DNA from: Spirochaetales bacterium
GTDB taxonomy: Bacteria > Spirochaetota > Spirochaetia > JABEVK01
NCBI GenBank assembly: GCA_037142615.1
Contig: JBAXAI010000007.1
Location: 32,001 to 96,000, forward strand
Length of the DNA: 64,000 bases
Direction: 5' to 3'
The notes beneath the pieces were generated by a model, which was given only the letters and a program-made list of their open reading frames with translations, searched no databases and was not told the DNA's origin. Position numbers and translations under genes: made by a program. Shown piece after piece: positions 10,628-19,500 of the stretch. The stretch's first letter is position 1, and the number at the start of each line of letters is the position of its first letter.

Positions 10628-11392
10628 ATGCGTAAGGAAACCTGCGGTCTGATGACCGTCATTCGGGGTCAATCCACCCCCGACATGGCCCGCTTGGCGG
10701 CCGAAGCTTTTGCCCGTTCGGTGAGCGAACTTCTCGTGGACCACGACTCGCTGCCCGTCGTCTTTTCGGGCGCCCAGTCCCAAATGGAGTTTCATGCGGC
10801 CCTGCGCCAGCGCTCCGATATTCCCTGGAACCGCCTCGACGCCTTCGCGGTCGACGAATTCTATGCGCCGGGAATCCCGAGGCACTTGCGGGTGTGTGCG
10901 CAGCCGGAGCGCGACCTGTACTCCCAGCTCCCCTTCCGGAGCGTCAACGTGCTCGAGGCCGACCCGCCCGACCTCGAGGCCGAGCGTCGGCGGTACGAAG
11001 CCCTCATCCGCGCGAACCCACCCCGCCTGGCCTGCCTGGGCATCGGTCTTTCGGGCCACCTTGCGCTCAACGAGCCTGGCGCTGACCCGCACGACCGGCA
11101 AGCCGTCCGGCTGGTCGAGGTGTGCGAGGCCAGCAAGCGGCAACTCGAGCAGGACCCGAACTTCGCCGCGTTGGGCAGCATTCCCAGCCAGGGCCTCACC
11201 CTCACGCTTCCGGTGCTCCTCGCGGCGAAGACCCTGCTGGTCGTGGTGCCGTACGCGCTCAAGCGTCCTGTTGTCGAGCAGCTGTTCGCTACCGAGGTCA
11301 CGCCCGAGCTTCCCGCCACGCTGCTGCGAACCCACCCCGACGCGACGCTGTTCCTCGACCCGGACTCGGCCCCCTTGGGGAGTCCGCTATGA
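10628..11392 (+). CDS. Glucosamine-6-phosphate deaminase/isomerase family (NagB-like)
   Basis: FAVDEF, LGIGLSGHLALNEP, LLRTHPDATLFLD. Confidence 0.8.
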   Translation: MRKETCGLMTVIRGQSTPDMARLAAEAFARSVSELLVDHDSLPVVFSGAQSQMEFHAALRQRSDIPWNRLDAFAVDEFYAPGIPRHLRVCAQPERDLYSQLPFRSVNVLEADPPDLEAERRRYEALIRANPPRLACLGIGLSGHLALNEPGADPHDRQAVRLVEVCEASKRQLEQDPNFAALGSIPSQGLTLTLPVLLAAKTLLVVVPYALKRPVVEQLFATEVTPELPATLLRTHPDATLFLDPDSAPLGSPL

Positions 11393-13521
11393 GCGCCTCA
11401 CTGCTCTTTGTCTCGGCGCATCGCAAGGCGCGCGCCTGCGACCTCGCCGTCTTGGCCCAGGAGCTGGGCTTCGAGGTCCGCCATGCCGCCTGGGACGAGT
11501 TTCTGACGGGTGACCCGGCCGCGGGGGCGCAGGGAATCGTTCTGCTGGCGTCGTCGTTCCCGTTGCCGACGCTGCCTCCTCACCCGGTTCTGAGGGCTGT
11601 CCGTCGGCGGCTTTCGCAGGGTGTTCGGGGCTTTGTCGAGGCCTCGGTGGTCTTCTCGCGGCCCGATGGAGTGCGCATGACCCCGCTCGACAACCAGAGG
11701 CTCGTTGTGACGGCTCCAGGGCCGCTTTCCCAGGGGCTGGCGACCGGGAGCCTTCTCGACCCGCACCAGACGCTGGTTTGCAGCGCGCCCTTGCCCGCCT
11801 CGACAACGGTGGCGCCCGCCTGGGGCGAAGGCATGGAACGCGCCGACGACAATGGGCTGACGACCGAGGCCGCCTTCGGGCTGGGGGTGCTGGTCGGTAC
11901 CCACGCCGTGCTCGATCCGGCCGACCCCGCGCTGGCAGGGGCAACACCGGTCGTCGGTCTGGTGCGCGAGGGCACGCGCCACTGGGCGGTCTCGCGGCTG
12001 AGACTCTCGCAGTTCCAGGCCGATTTGTACGCCCCCGCCAACCGCTGGCAGACCCTGGCGGTCAACCTGCTGCGTTGGGTCGCGCAACAAGAAGTGGCGC
12101 CCGGAGCACACCCCGCGGGCGAACCTGCCCCGACCCAGACCGTGCGCCTTCCCCGCCGAGGGTGGGCAAATCCAACGGCTTGGAACGGATTGTCCCCCCG
12201 ACGCCCTTCGGAGGTCTCGGCCAGGCGGGCGGTTCGTCGCGTCGGCCAATGGTTTCGAGACTCGGGCATCCTGCCCGCCGCCGACGGCAGCCAAGGCGTC
12301 GCCGAACGCTTCATGACCGACGTGCACCCCGGCGGCCACCGCGCTCTCGACTGGGCTGTCCGCACGGATTGCACCATGCACACCGTTCTTCTGTTCGACA
12401 GGCTGGCCCGAATCGGCGAGCTCGTTCCCGGTCTCGAACCTCGGCTGGGAACCAACCTCGTGACCTTCCTGCTTGAGCAGGGCTACCAAGACACCAACGT
12501 CGGCCGCGCCACCGAGGGCTTCTGGCAGTGGGGCCGAGGTCAAGGCGGGCGCGCCTACGACGCCGCAGAGTTTCCCGAAGACATCTACGCCAACGATCAG
12601 GCCTGGGTTCTGCTCACGCTGTGCTCGGTCGCGGCCACCGCTCAGATCCCCGGCCTGGAACGGCGCCTCGAGCGAACGGCGCGGGCCCTGCTCGAAACCC
12701 AGGGCAGCGACGGCCTGCGGGAGCGCTGCCTGCGCGGCAGCGAGCTCAACCGGGTGGGCCGAAAGGCCTACCACGAGCAGCCGGGAGCCACGCCCAGCGG
12801 CCACTTCGACGGGATGGCCCTCGCCGCGCTTTTGGCCTACGGGCTGCGCAGCGGCGACGAGGCCTACCTGGCCGTGGCCAAGAAGGGCCTCGAGGCGCTG
12901 GCGGCGGCCCTTTTGTCGGGGCACCGGCCCGAACTTCCGCTCAGCCTGACCTCCGACACGGCCTACTGCCTTCCCGGCCTTTCGTTGGCGGTGATGCACC
13001 TCGACAGCCCCCTTTGCCGCAGGGCCCTCACGCGCCTTACGAACGATCTGCTGAAGGCCCAGCATCCGTGCGGGGCTTTCCTCGAGCGCGGCAACCCTGT
13101 CGAGGACCTTGCCCGGCGTTCCGGCGACGTCGGAGTCTTCACCAGCGACGCCGACCAGATCGCCGACCTGCTCTACACCCAACCGCCGCTGGCACTCTAC
13201 CTTCCCTTGGCAGCCCAAGCTCTGGACTCGTCGCGTCTCAAGCGCTCGGCAGGGCGTCTGCTGGCGTTCCTGGCACAGGTGCAGCTGCGGTCCTCACGCA
13301 AGGAACTCGACGGGGCCTGGATGCGGGCGTTCTCGATCGCGGAGTGGGACTACTTCGGGTACAACGCCGACTTCAAGTGGGGGCCCACAGTCACCGAGTC
13401 GGGCTGGACCGTCGCCCTTTTGGGAACGGCGTTCTGCCAGGATCTGCTGGGTACGCCGTTCCTGGGCGACCTTAGCCGGGCAAGTCCTCCGACTCGATCG
13501 TCGACAGCAACTCCGCGCTGA
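11389..13521 (+). CDS. Hypothetical 710-aa protein, possible (alpha/alpha) toroid carbohydrate-active C-terminal domain
   Basis: ATGA overlap with the nagB-like gene. Helical C-terminal half with aromatic/acidic motifs (DGAWMRAF, ESGW). Fold is inference. Confidence 0.6.
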   Translation: MSASLLFVSAHRKARACDLAVLAQELGFEVRHAAWDEFLTGDPAAGAQGIVLLASSFPLPTLPPHPVLRAVRRRLSQGVRGFVEASVVFSRPDGVRMTPLDNQRLVVTAPGPLSQGLATGSLLDPHQTLVCSAPLPASTTVAPAWGEGMERADDNGLTTEAAFGLGVLVGTHAVLDPADPALAGATPVVGLVREGTRHWAVSRLRLSQFQADLYAPANRWQTLAVNLLRWVAQQEVAPGAHPAGEPAPTQTVRLPRRGWANPTAWNGLSPRRPSEVSARRAVRRVGQWFRDSGILPAADGSQGVAERFMTDVHPGGHRALDWAVRTDCTMHTVLLFDRLARIGELVPGLEPRLGTNLVTFLLEQGYQDTNVGRATEGFWQWGRGQGGRAYDAAEFPEDIYANDQAWVLLTLCSVAATAQIPGLERRLERTARALLETQGSDGLRERCLRGSELNRVGRKAYHEQPGATPSGHFDGMALAALLAYGLRSGDEAYLAVAKKGLEALAAALLSGHRPELPLSLTSDTAYCLPGLSLAVMHLDSPLCRRALTRLTNDLLKAQHPCGAFLERGNPVEDLARRSGDVGVFTSDADQIADLLYTQPPLALYLPLAAQALDSSRLKRSAGRLLAFLAQVQLRSSRKELDGAWMRAFSIAEWDYFGYNADFKWGPTVTESGWTVALLGTAFCQDLLGTPFLGDLSRASPPTRSSTATPR

Positions 13522-15214
13522 GTTCGGCCAGGGGAGCAAGCCGGTTGGCCTGCTTCTCGAGGGTCTGCTCAAAGAGGTTGCGGACCAGACGGCCGTTGCC
13601 GAAGTGGGTGTCGCGGTTCTGGTAGACGGCCGTCAGGTACACCCGCAGCCGCCCGAGCGCTGAGTCCGTTAGCGTCATGCCCGTCTCGCCGGTGAAGCGC
13701 AGAAAGATCTGTTCGAGCTCGGCAGGCGTGAAGTCGTCGAAGGCGAAGCGTCGGCCAAAGCGGCTGGCCAAGCCGGGGTTGGAGTCGAGGAAGCGCAGCA
13801 TGTCTTCGGGGTAGCCGGCGACCACCACCACCAGGCGGTCGCGGTAGTCTTCCATGCGCTTGAGCAGGGTGTCGACGGCCTCGCTGCCGAAGTCGTTGCC
13901 GCCGTCCTCGGGGATGAGCGCGTAGGCCTCATCGATGAACAGCACGCCGTCGAGGGCGCGCGACACGGCCTCGTCGACCTTGCCGGCCGTCTGGCCCACG
14001 TACCCCGCCACAAGGCTGGCCCTGTCGGTTTCGACCAGATGACCCTTCTTCAGAAAGCCTTGTGCCGCAAAGATTTCCCCGAGCAGACGCGCCACGGTGG
14101 TCTTGCCGGTTCCGGGGCCGCCGGTGAACACGGCGTGCAGGCTGATGCGGGGCACCTTCATGCCCAACTCCTCGCGGCGCTCGTGAATGCGCATCAGGTT
14201 CGAAAGGCTTTTCACCTGATCCTTGATGGGCGCCATGCCGGTGAGGGCCTCGAGTTTGGCCAACGCGGCCTTGAGAGCCGCCTCGCCACTGGCGATGCCC
14301 TCAGACGCGGTCGCGGTGGCCGGTACGCTGGTCGCCCCCGTCGCTGGCACCGCCTCGGGTTCGAGGATGCGGCGGTTGAGGCCTTTGAGGAACTCGGTGG
14401 CGTCGGCCCCGACAAACACGTCGGCCCACTGCAAAAAGGCCTCGGCGGCGCGGACGAAACGCAGGCTGCCGGCGCTTTTGTCGGCGGCTTTCAGCGAAGC
14501 CAGGCCGTGGCCCCAACTCCGGGTCCGCAGGCCCGCCAAATGACTCTCGAGTGGCGCCATCCAACCCTCGAGGGCCTGGCGCTCGTCGGCGGTGAGCACC
14601 TCGTCGCGGTAAAAAGGCTTCATTCCGTCGGGGCCCGGCCCGGCACCCGTGAGGAACGGCAGAAGCGTAAGGGCCGCCTGGGCGCGACGGTCGGGTGTGG
14701 TCAGTCCCAGCTGGTCGGCACAGGTCGAAGCCAGCCCCCAGAGGTCGGCCTGCAGGGTTTCGAACTCCGCCACGACGATCTCGACCAGCTGGCGGCTCAC
14801 GGCCACGACCGGAAACGGACCGGCCCCGCGCACCTTGGTGCGGATGGGAGGGACCGCGTTGGAGGGTACCGGTTCCGGTGCGGTCACGGCGTTCAAGAGC
14901 CAGGTCTTGCCTTCGCCGGCCCAAGTACAACCGGGGGCCAACGGCAGCGCGGGCACCGAGCTCAGGCTGCGCAGCGACCAGACCCGGAGGGGGCCGGGAG
15001 CCGGGGCCACGAAGCACAGGTTGCCCTCCACCTGGACCAGCAAGCCGCTCTCCGACCAGACGGGGCTTCCCAGGCCGCCCCAGCAGGCCGAGTCGAGCGT
15101 GGCGCCGTCGGGGATGGCCAATTGCTCCAAGCGTGCCAACACGGCTTCGCGGCGGTCACCGCCCCAGCGGGGGTCGAGTGCGGCCAGTTTCTTCTTCCAG
15201 AGGTCGAGCTTCAT
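13472..15214 (-). CDS. CbxX/CfxQ/SpoVK-like AAA+ ATPase with uncharacterised N-terminal region
   Basis: HAVFTGGPGTGKTTVAR, LVAGYVGQTA, LFIDEAY, SNPGLASRF, FGNGRLVRN. Confidence 0.85.
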   Translation of the reverse strand: MKLDLWKKKLAALDPRWGGDRREAVLARLEQLAIPDGATLDSACWGGLGSPVWSESGLLVQVEGNLCFVAPAPGPLRVWSLRSLSSVPALPLAPGCTWAGEGKTWLLNAVTAPEPVPSNAVPPIRTKVRGAGPFPVVAVSRQLVEIVVAEFETLQADLWGLASTCADQLGLTTPDRRAQAALTLLPFLTGAGPGPDGMKPFYRDEVLTADERQALEGWMAPLESHLAGLRTRSWGHGLASLKAADKSAGSLRFVRAAEAFLQWADVFVGADATEFLKGLNRRILEPEAVPATGATSVPATATASEGIASGEAALKAALAKLEALTGMAPIKDQVKSLSNLMRIHERREELGMKVPRISLHAVFTGGPGTGKTTVARLLGEIFAAQGFLKKGHLVETDRASLVAGYVGQTAGKVDEAVSRALDGVLFIDEAYALIPEDGGNDFGSEAVDTLLKRMEDYRDRLVVVVAGYPEDMLRFLDSNPGLASRFGRRFAFDDFTPAELEQIFLRFTGETGMTLTDSALGRLRVYLTAVYQNRDTHFGNGRLVRNLFEQTLEKQANRLAPLAELSAELLSTIESEDLPG

Positions 15215-15305
15215 TCCCGAAGAATAGCCGGGCGGGCCTCAAGGGACTAGAGGTCGGTCGATGGGCCACGCAACCTGTGCTAGAATCGGCGCAGGAGTAC
15301 TTTCC

Positions 15306-16490
15306 ATGGTCGTCGAGTCACGCTTTCGAAGTTTGTTCTGGTCCCTGTTCGGGGTTTTTGTTCTGTATGGCACGTCGATGACCATCATCGGGGCCACCCT
15401 GCCCCGCATCCTTGCCGACTTTCACTGGGACTACGTGACGGCCGGAGCGGTGATGGCCGCCGGAGCCGTGGCCTACTTTCTGTCGACGTTCGGGGCCGGC
15501 TACCTGATCAGCAGCGTGGGCGGCAAGTTCACGGTGGTGCTGGGCGTGGTGCTCGACCTCGTCGGCCTGACGTTTTTCGGGGCCACCAGCGATCCGCTGA
15601 CCAACTTTCTTCTCAACTTCCTCATCGGACTGGGACAGGGTTGCATCGAAGTTTCGATCACGTGGGCCGTGGTGCGGCTCGACACGCAAAAGACGGGCGC
15701 GCCGATGACCTTCATCCAGGGAGCCTTTGCCATCGGTGCCATTGTCGGGCCGGTGATCCTGGGCGTCCTGCTGGGGGCCGGTGGGGCGTGGACGCTCGTG
15801 TACCGGGGTCTGGCGGCGGTGTTCCTGGCGCTCGGGCTGGTGCTGGTGTTTCTGCGTTTTGACCTGCCGCCGGCCGAAAAGGCCACCGAAGGCGAGGCCA
15901 AACCGGCCCGGTTGTACTCGCATCCGGCCTACTGGCTGGCTTTTGCTGTGCTCTTCCTGTACGTCGGCGTCGAACTGGGGGTTTCCAGCTGGGTGTCCGA
16001 GTACTTCATCCGCAGCTTCGGGCTGGTGGCGGCCACCGGTTCCATCCTCGTGTCGCTGTTCTGGTTCGGCATTCTGGTGGGCCGCTTCGGCGTGCCGGTC
16101 GTCTTGAAAAGCTGGACCCCGGGCCGAACCCTGATCGTGTTCACGGCCATCGCGGCGCTGTTCATCGCCGCTCTTTCGGGGCTAAGCCTGGCCGCCGGGC
16201 AGGACTGGGCCCGCTGGATTGGGTTTGTCGCCGTCTTCGGCGCGGGCCTCGGATGCTCCATCGTCTACCCGATCGTCATCACGCTGGTGGGAGCCACGTT
16301 CCCCCAGGCGCAGAGCCAGGCCATCGGCTTCGCGGCCACCGGGGGCGGCGTCGGCGCGTTTCTGTTCCCCTTCGTGATGTCGCTCATGTCGCAGGCGTGG
16401 GGCATCCAGTGGGGCTTTGCCGCCTACGCCGCCTTCGCGTTTGTGATGACGGGCTCGGCGCTGGTTCTGGTGCGCGTGTCACGCCATTGA
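15306..16490 (+). CDS. MFS transporter (fucose permease/TsgA-like)
   Basis: About 12 hydrophobic segments, FLYVGVE motif. ATG follows AGGAG. Confidence 0.85.
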   Translation: MVVESRFRSLFWSLFGVFVLYGTSMTIIGATLPRILADFHWDYVTAGAVMAAGAVAYFLSTFGAGYLISSVGGKFTVVLGVVLDLVGLTFFGATSDPLTNFLLNFLIGLGQGCIEVSITWAVVRLDTQKTGAPMTFIQGAFAIGAIVGPVILGVLLGAGGAWTLVYRGLAAVFLALGLVLVFLRFDLPPAEKATEGEAKPARLYSHPAYWLAFAVLFLYVGVELGVSSWVSEYFIRSFGLVAATGSILVSLFWFGILVGRFGVPVVLKSWTPGRTLIVFTAIAALFIAALSGLSLAAGQDWARWIGFVAVFGAGLGCSIVYPIVITLVGATFPQAQSQAIGFAATGGGVGAFLFPFVMSLMSQAWGIQWGFAAYAAFAFVMTGSALVLVRVSRH

Positions 16491-16508
16491 GCGCTGGCGC
16501 CCCCAGGT

Positions 16509-17840
16509 TCACTTGAGTTCGGCGAACTTCGCGGCCATCGTCGGGTTGTCCCTGGTGAGCTTTTTGAGCGTCACGTCCTGGGCCTTTTCGTTGGCCAGGC
16601 GGAGGTTGTTCTCAGAGCCTAAAAGGGCTTCCTTGGTTTTCTGCAGGTGGTCGATGGTCTTGTCGATCTCTTCGATGGCGATCTTGAACTTGCGCGACGC
16701 GAGGTCGTAGTTGCGGTCGAAGCCCGACTTGAACGAGTCGAGCTCGTTTTCGAAGTTGGTGATGTCGATGTTCTGCGCCTTGACGATGGCGAGCTCCGTT
16801 TTGTACTTCAGCGAGTTCATCGCGGCGTTGCGCAGCAGCGTGATGAGAGGCAGAAAGAACTGGGGCCGCACCACGTACATTTTCGGAAAGCGGTGGAACA
16901 CATCGACAATGCCCGTGTTGTAGAGCTCACTTTCGGGCTCGAGCAGCGAGACCAGCACCGCGTATTCACACCCCTTTTCGGTGCGGTCGCGGTCGAGTTC
17001 GCGCAGGAAGTCCTCGTTCTTCTTCTTGGTGGCGGTTTCGTCGGCCTCGTTTTTCATCTCGAACATGATTGAGACAATTTCGGTGCCGCTCTGGTCGAGG
17101 TCGCGGAAGATGTAGTCGCCCTTGCTCCCGGTGCGCGCGTCGTTGTCCTTTTCGAAATACGCCAGCGGAAAGGCCGTCGCCCGGATCCGGTTGAACTCGG
17201 TCTCGCAGTGCTGCTCGAGGGTTTCGCCCACCATCTTGGTCGACAGGCGGGCCTTCAGGTCGCGCAGGCGCTCGATGGCATCGTCGCGATCCTTGATCTG
17301 GGTTTCGTACTTCTCTTTGAGCACATCGCGCTCTTTCGCGACCGCACCGACGGCTTCGCTGATCGCCAGCTTCTGTTCCAGCGCGAGGGAGTCGAGTTTG
17401 GACTTCAGGGCCTGAACCTCGGCCTCTTTGGTCGCGGCCGTTTTTTGAAGTTCATGGGCCAGCCTGGCTTCGGCCAGCTCACCGACGGCTTTCTTGTCGT
17501 GCTTCGCCTGCGCCAGCTCGTTGGCGAGCGCATCGCGTTGTTTTTCGACCGCGCCCAGAGCCTCGGTCACGGCCAGTTTACGGGCCACCTCGCCGGCGTC
17601 GAGCTTGGCCTTGAGTCCTTGGATCTCGGAATCCTTGGCAGCGGCGGCCCTCTGCAACTCGGCGGCAACCTTGGCTTTGGCCAGTTCGACGGCGTTCTGC
17701 TTGTCCTGCTCAGCCAGCTCGAGCCTTTCGTGAAGCTGCTGCGCGAAATCGCTGTCGCGGACCTGCTTCAGAATGTCCGCGTAGCCGGCCTCATCGACCT
17801 TGAACGCCTTGCCGCAGTGCGGGCAGTTGATTTCGTGCAT
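16509..17840 (-). CDS. DUF2130 domain protein (Zn-knuckle, coiled coil, nuclease-like C-terminus)
   Basis: [13 protein letters not shown] start, long coiled coil, [23 protein letters not shown]. Confidence 0.8.
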   Translation of the reverse strand: MHEINCPHCGKAFKVDEAGYADILKQVRDSDFAQQLHERLELAEQDKQNAVELAKAKVAAELQRAAAAKDSEIQGLKAKLDAGEVARKLAVTEALGAVEKQRDALANELAQAKHDKKAVGELAEARLAHELQKTAATKEAEVQALKSKLDSLALEQKLAISEAVGAVAKERDVLKEKYETQIKDRDDAIERLRDLKARLSTKMVGETLEQHCETEFNRIRATAFPLAYFEKDNDARTGSKGDYIFRDLDQSGTEIVSIMFEMKNEADETATKKKNEDFLRELDRDRTEKGCEYAVLVSLLEPESELYNTGIVDVFHRFPKMYVVRPQFFLPLITLLRNAAMNSLKYKTELAIVKAQNIDITNFENELDSFKSGFDRNYDLASRKFKIAIEEIDKTIDHLQKTKEALLGSENNLRLANEKAQDVTLKKLTRDNPTMAAKFAELK

Positions 17841-17910
17841 AAGTTGTTTCCTCCAAGCTTGGACAGGTAAACAAATACTACCTGCGAGTGTGGAGGTCAA
17901 TCGTTGGCTC

Positions 17911-18636
17911 CTAGATCGGGATGACCGGCTTGTCCTGCGGACGTCTGGCCGGACCTTCCAGCGTAAGGCTATCGGTCACCACGATGGCCTGCTCATAGTT
18001 CCGGGTTCGGCTCAGGGCCTCGAAGTAGAGCTTGAGGCGCGCCGTCTGCCCCAAATCGAGGAACCAGAAGAGAGACGTCAGCGGTGAGACCCAGACCGGA
18101 TGCAACATCGTGCGGGTGGTCACAGCCACATCACCGAACTCGCCCCGGTAGGACGCGCGGATCGAACCCACCATGTTGCTGCGGTGAATCGCTTCCGTGT
18201 TGGCATACATTGAGGTGAGAGCCCTCTCGAACTCCTGGGTCACGGGATCGTTTTTCACCAGCGCGTCGAGCCCGATTTCGAGCTGCAGCTGGACGAACAC
18301 ATCGCGCAGTTCGAGCACTCCGATGCGGGACCAGCAGAATAGCTCGGGCGAGATCCCGGTTAGGGCGTCGGGCCGCGAGACCAGCCAATGCGCCAGGTGA
18401 ACCTCGGGGCAATAGCCGTCGCCCGAGCTTTCGGGACCGACGACGGTCACCCCAGTCCCACGCTTGCGCGTCCCTCTCAATTTACCCAAGTCAGTGAAGC
18501 TGGCGCTGGCCAAGTGCACCCGGTTACCCTGCGCGGCCAGTTCGAGCGCCACGGGCAACGCGCACACCACGTCGTACCCACCGCCACAGCCAGCGATCAG
18601 TATGGTCTTGCCGCGAAGATTCAGAGGAAGATTCAT
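17911..18636 (-). CDS. DUF1152-like protein, apparently with an in-frame internal deletion
   Basis: [19 protein letters not shown] and SPLTSLFWF match the family. The central VDGG-containing block expected after 'LDALV' is missing, and the protein is only 241 aa. Confidence 0.6.
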   Translation of the reverse strand: MNLPLNLRGKTILIAGCGGGYDVVCALPVALELAAQGNRVHLASASFTDLGKLRGTRKRGTGVTVVGPESSGDGYCPEVHLAHWLVSRPDALTGISPELFCWSRIGVLELRDVFVQLQLEIGLDALVKNDPVTQEFERALTSMYANTEAIHRSNMVGSIRASYRGEFGDVAVTTRTMLHPVWVSPLTSLFWFLDLGQTARLKLYFEALSRTRNYEQAIVVTDSLTLEGPARRPQDKPVIPI

Positions 18637-18692
18637 CGCAGGACCACGTCTCCGAGGCGGGAAGGCCGAACCAAAACATCTGCCGTAGTCAT
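18633..18692 (-). pseudogene. 19-aa remnant resembling the N-terminus of the vWA protein
   Basis: AGGAG RBS, then [19 protein letters not shown], compared with MTTPELSIRPIRQG of the vWA gene. The stop overlaps the DUF1152 ATG. Confidence 0.45.
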
Positions 18693-18720
18693 GTCTTCTC
18701 CTTGATCTCTAAACTCTTCA

Positions 18721-18739
18721 TAGTGTATATACTACACCT
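18721..18739. promoter_or_regulatory. NrtR box 1
   Basis: TAGTGT-atatact-ACACCT over the -10 region of a leftward promoter (TTGACG on the minus strand at 18749-18754). Confidence 0.75.
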
Positions 18740-18771
18740 ATAGGAAGTCGTCAAGAACTCTTGATGAAAAA

Positions 18772-18790
18772 TCGTGTAAAAACTACACTT
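18772..18790. promoter_or_regulatory. NrtR box 2
   Basis: TCGTGT-aaaaact-ACACTT overlapping TTGATG-N17-TACACT upstream of the phosphatase gene. Confidence 0.65.
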
Positions 18791-18798
18791 TCTTGGAA

Positions 18799-19440
18799 AT
18801 GAACACCAGATCGCCCTTTGTCCAGGTTTTCGGACAGCAGGAACTCGTGGCCCGGGTGGCCCGCGCTGAGCCGGTCGGCAGCCACCTCATTTCGATCGGG
18901 AACCCCCTCATCCCGGGCCAGACGCCGCACGAGGACGAAACCCTCCCCCCCGAGTTCGCGGGGAAGTTCCAGGCCGTGTTGCGCCTGGAGTTCTTCGACG
19001 TGCCCAGTTTGGCCAACCTGAGGCCTGAGCAACCCCAGCGCATCCCCGAGCGCCGCGACGTCGAGGCGGTCCTGAAGTTCTTCCGCGAGTCCAGAGGCGA
19101 GGCTACCGGCTACACCGTGCATTGCTGGGCTGGGGTTTCCCGCTCGACGGCCGTGGCGCTGGGGATTCTCTATCTGATTCATGGCACGGAAGAAGCGGCG
19201 GCTCGCGAGCTCATGGCCATCCGAAGGGTCGCAGGACCTCACTCGGGTCTCGTCCAGTTTTGGGATGACGTTCTGGGCAGTCACCTAGCCGAGGCCAACG
19301 ACGTGTTGCGGCGGGAACGGTTGTTGTCGATGAAGCGGGAGATCCTGGCGTCACTGCGAAAGAGTGGGGTTGAGGTGCCCGAGGACTTGGAAGAACTGGA
19401 GGAGCTGGAGGAGTTGGAGGACCTAGGGGAGTTGAAGTGA
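18799..19440 (+). CDS. Protein-tyrosine-phosphatase-like (CX5R) protein
   Basis: VHCWAGVSRS P-loop, LRLEFFDV, and an acidic tail from 9-nt repeats (EDL EEL EEL EEL EDL). Confidence 0.8.
   Translation: MNTRSPFVQVFGQQELVARVARAEPVGSHLISIGNPLIPGQTPHEDETLPPEFAGKFQAVLRLEFFDVPSLANLRPEQPQRIPERRDVEAVLKFFRESRGEATGYTVHCWAGVSRSTAVALGILYLIHGTEEAAARELMAIRRVAGPHSGLVQFWDDVLGSHLAEANDVLRRERLLSMKREILASLRKSGVEVPEDLEELEELEELEDLGELK
19293..19400 (+). repeat. 108-bp direct repeat, copy 1 (3' end of the phosphatase gene)
   Basis: Matches 25946-26053 with 4 mismatches by manual alignment. Confidence 0.9.
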
Positions 19441-19500
19441 GGGGGACCTAACAAGACTGGGAAGTTTCGGTAGCATCCCCCGAGCGAGAACAAACCTAAA

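Noticed and set aside
229-13218. Long antisense or alternative-frame ORFs (e.g. 229-1542, 5094-6557, 7005-8711, 8506-10485, 11398-13218)
   Set aside because: Shadow ORFs of clear genes in high-GC DNA; Arg/Pro/Gly-rich with no motifs.
19381-19434. 9-nt tandem repeats (GAGGAGCTG-like)
   Set aside because: They encode the acidic EEL tail of the phosphatase; not a CRISPR or regulatory array.
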